The translations under genes were made by a program, and so were the position numbers. From NCBI GenBank assembly GCA_028717885.1, contig JAQUMX010000002.1:12237-76236 (forward strand): a stretch of DNA of 64,000 bases, given 5' to 3'. Under the pieces are notes generated by a model. It was not told the origin of the DNA and made no database searches. It saw only the letters and a list, made by a program, of their open reading frames with translations. This DNA is from Candidatus Omnitrophota bacterium. GTDB lineage: Bacteria > Omnitrophota > Gorgyraeia > Gygaellales > Profunditerraquicolaceae. This document shows positions 63,153 to 64,000 of this stretch, in pieces; positions within the stretch are counted from its first letter, which is position 1; each line of letters starts with the position of its first letter.

Positions 63153-64000
63153 GCAGATTAATTTTTTAAGACAAAGAAAAACCCTAAAGATTTGTAAACA
63201 TATTATTGACGACCGAATCAGCGCTTTTAGAGTCAACAGAAAAAAAGTCGTCTTTAATCTTGGTTCAACCCACCAGGAACTATCTTTAGCGCAAAGCTGT
63301 TCCTATATCGAGACTGTCTTTGATGATTATTTGAAGTATGGCGGCATAAATCAAAATGACCTGGTTGGAATGAAGGTGTTGGAAATTGGGCCTGGAGATA
63401 ACCTGGGGGTAGCGCTTAACTTTCTGGCTGCAGGAGTTAAAAAGGTAGTCTGTTTGGATAGGATATATTCGAAGAGGAATACTGAACAGGAAAGATCAAC
63501 CTACCTTTATTTACGCGCTAAAATGGAACCTGTAAGCCGGCAACGATTTGATTCCGCAATAAAAATAGAAAATAATTCATTTTCTTGTAACCAAGAAAAG
63601 CTTAATTATTTTTATGGTATTGACGTAGCTCGGGCGGCGCAAGTCCTGGGGGAGGAAAAATTCGACCTGGTCGTTTCGCGTGCTGTGCTTGAACACATCT
63701 TTGAAATTGATAAAGCATTTGAAGTTATGGATAAATACCTGAAAGAGGGCGGTTTGCTTTTGCATAAAATTGATTTTAGGGACCATGAAATGTTTTCCCG
63801 CGATAAATTCCATCCTCTTGAATTCCTGACTATCCCAGAGTTTTTCTGGCGGCATATGACGCAGCACTCTGGGAAACCGAACAGAAGGCTGAAAAACTAT
63901 TATGAAGAGCGATTAAAGGCGCTGGGTTATGATTTTAAGATACTCATTACCCATTTAACAGGAAGACAGGAAGAATTTCTTCCTCCTAAAGAAAATATAG
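63139..64000 (+). CDS. Class I SAM-dependent methyltransferase, 3' end outside the window (absent from the ORF track)
   Basis: I translated from the ATG at 63139 and found no stop to nt 64000: MQSLKQINFL...MKVLEIGPGDNLGVALNFLAAGVKKVVCLD...FDLVVSRAVLEHI...GGLLLHKIDF. It carries methyltransferase motifs I and II/III and overlaps the upstream stop by 14 nt. Confidence 0.75.
   Translation, partial: MQSLKQINFLRQRKTLKICKHIIDDRISAFRVNRKKVVFNLGSTHQELSLAQSCSYIETVFDDYLKYGGINQNDLVGMKVLEIGPGDNLGVALNFLAAGVKKVVCLDRIYSKRNTEQERSTYLYLRAKMEPVSRQRFDSAIKIENNSFSCNQEKLNYFYGIDVARAAQVLGEEKFDLVVSRAVLEHIFEIDKAFEVMDKYLKEGGLLLHKIDFRDHEMFSRDKFHPLEFLTIPEFFWRHMTQHSGKPNRRLKNYYEERLKALGYDFKILITHLTGRQEEFLPPKENI

Overview
This 64-kb window comes from a moderately AT-rich bacterium. 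GT9 heptosyltransferase-like genes, GmhB and an O-antigen-ligase-like gene suggest a diderm; the taxon cannot be assigned from sequence alone. I call 60 protein-coding genes, all on the + strand. I recognise no rRNA, tRNA, CRISPR array, transposase, integrase or phage gene.

Layout:
- (i) 1-8.7 kb is an LPS-core-like block: O-antigen-ligase-like protein, two GT9, ManC-like, DegT aminotransferase, GT2, CDP-paratose-2-epimerase-like SDR, GmhB and GT28.
- (ii) 8.7-14.8 kb holds housekeeping genes: priA with a destroyed Walker A, fmt, a tandem GalT-like pair in which one copy lacks the nucleophilic His, and gap.
- (iii) 15-17.7 kb holds dTDP-rhamnose genes with a plant NRS/ER-like reductase and no rmlC.
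- (iv) 17.7 kb to the right edge is the main item: 43 tightly packed, largely translationally coupled genes behind one sigma70-like promoter and an EPS-type MarR regulator.

Block (iv) mixes several modules:
- a nonulosonic-acid module;
- GDP-fucose, GDP-heptose and GDP-L-galactose type sugar-nucleotide enzymes;
- a ColD/E1-like 3-dehydratase;
- GT10 and GT11 fucosyltransferases;
- two two-subunit ThDP enzymes;
- a sulfotransferase and three class I methyltransferases;
- polyprenol-phosphate GT2 enzymes with GT-C-like membrane proteins;
- most unusually, six divergent cobalamin-type radical SAM enzymes plus one SPASM-type radical SAM.

I read block (iv) as a heavily tailored surface-glycan system with radical C-modification chemistry that, as far as I know, is uncharacterised for polysaccharides. 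All functional calls rest on motif recognition by eye; no database search was possible.
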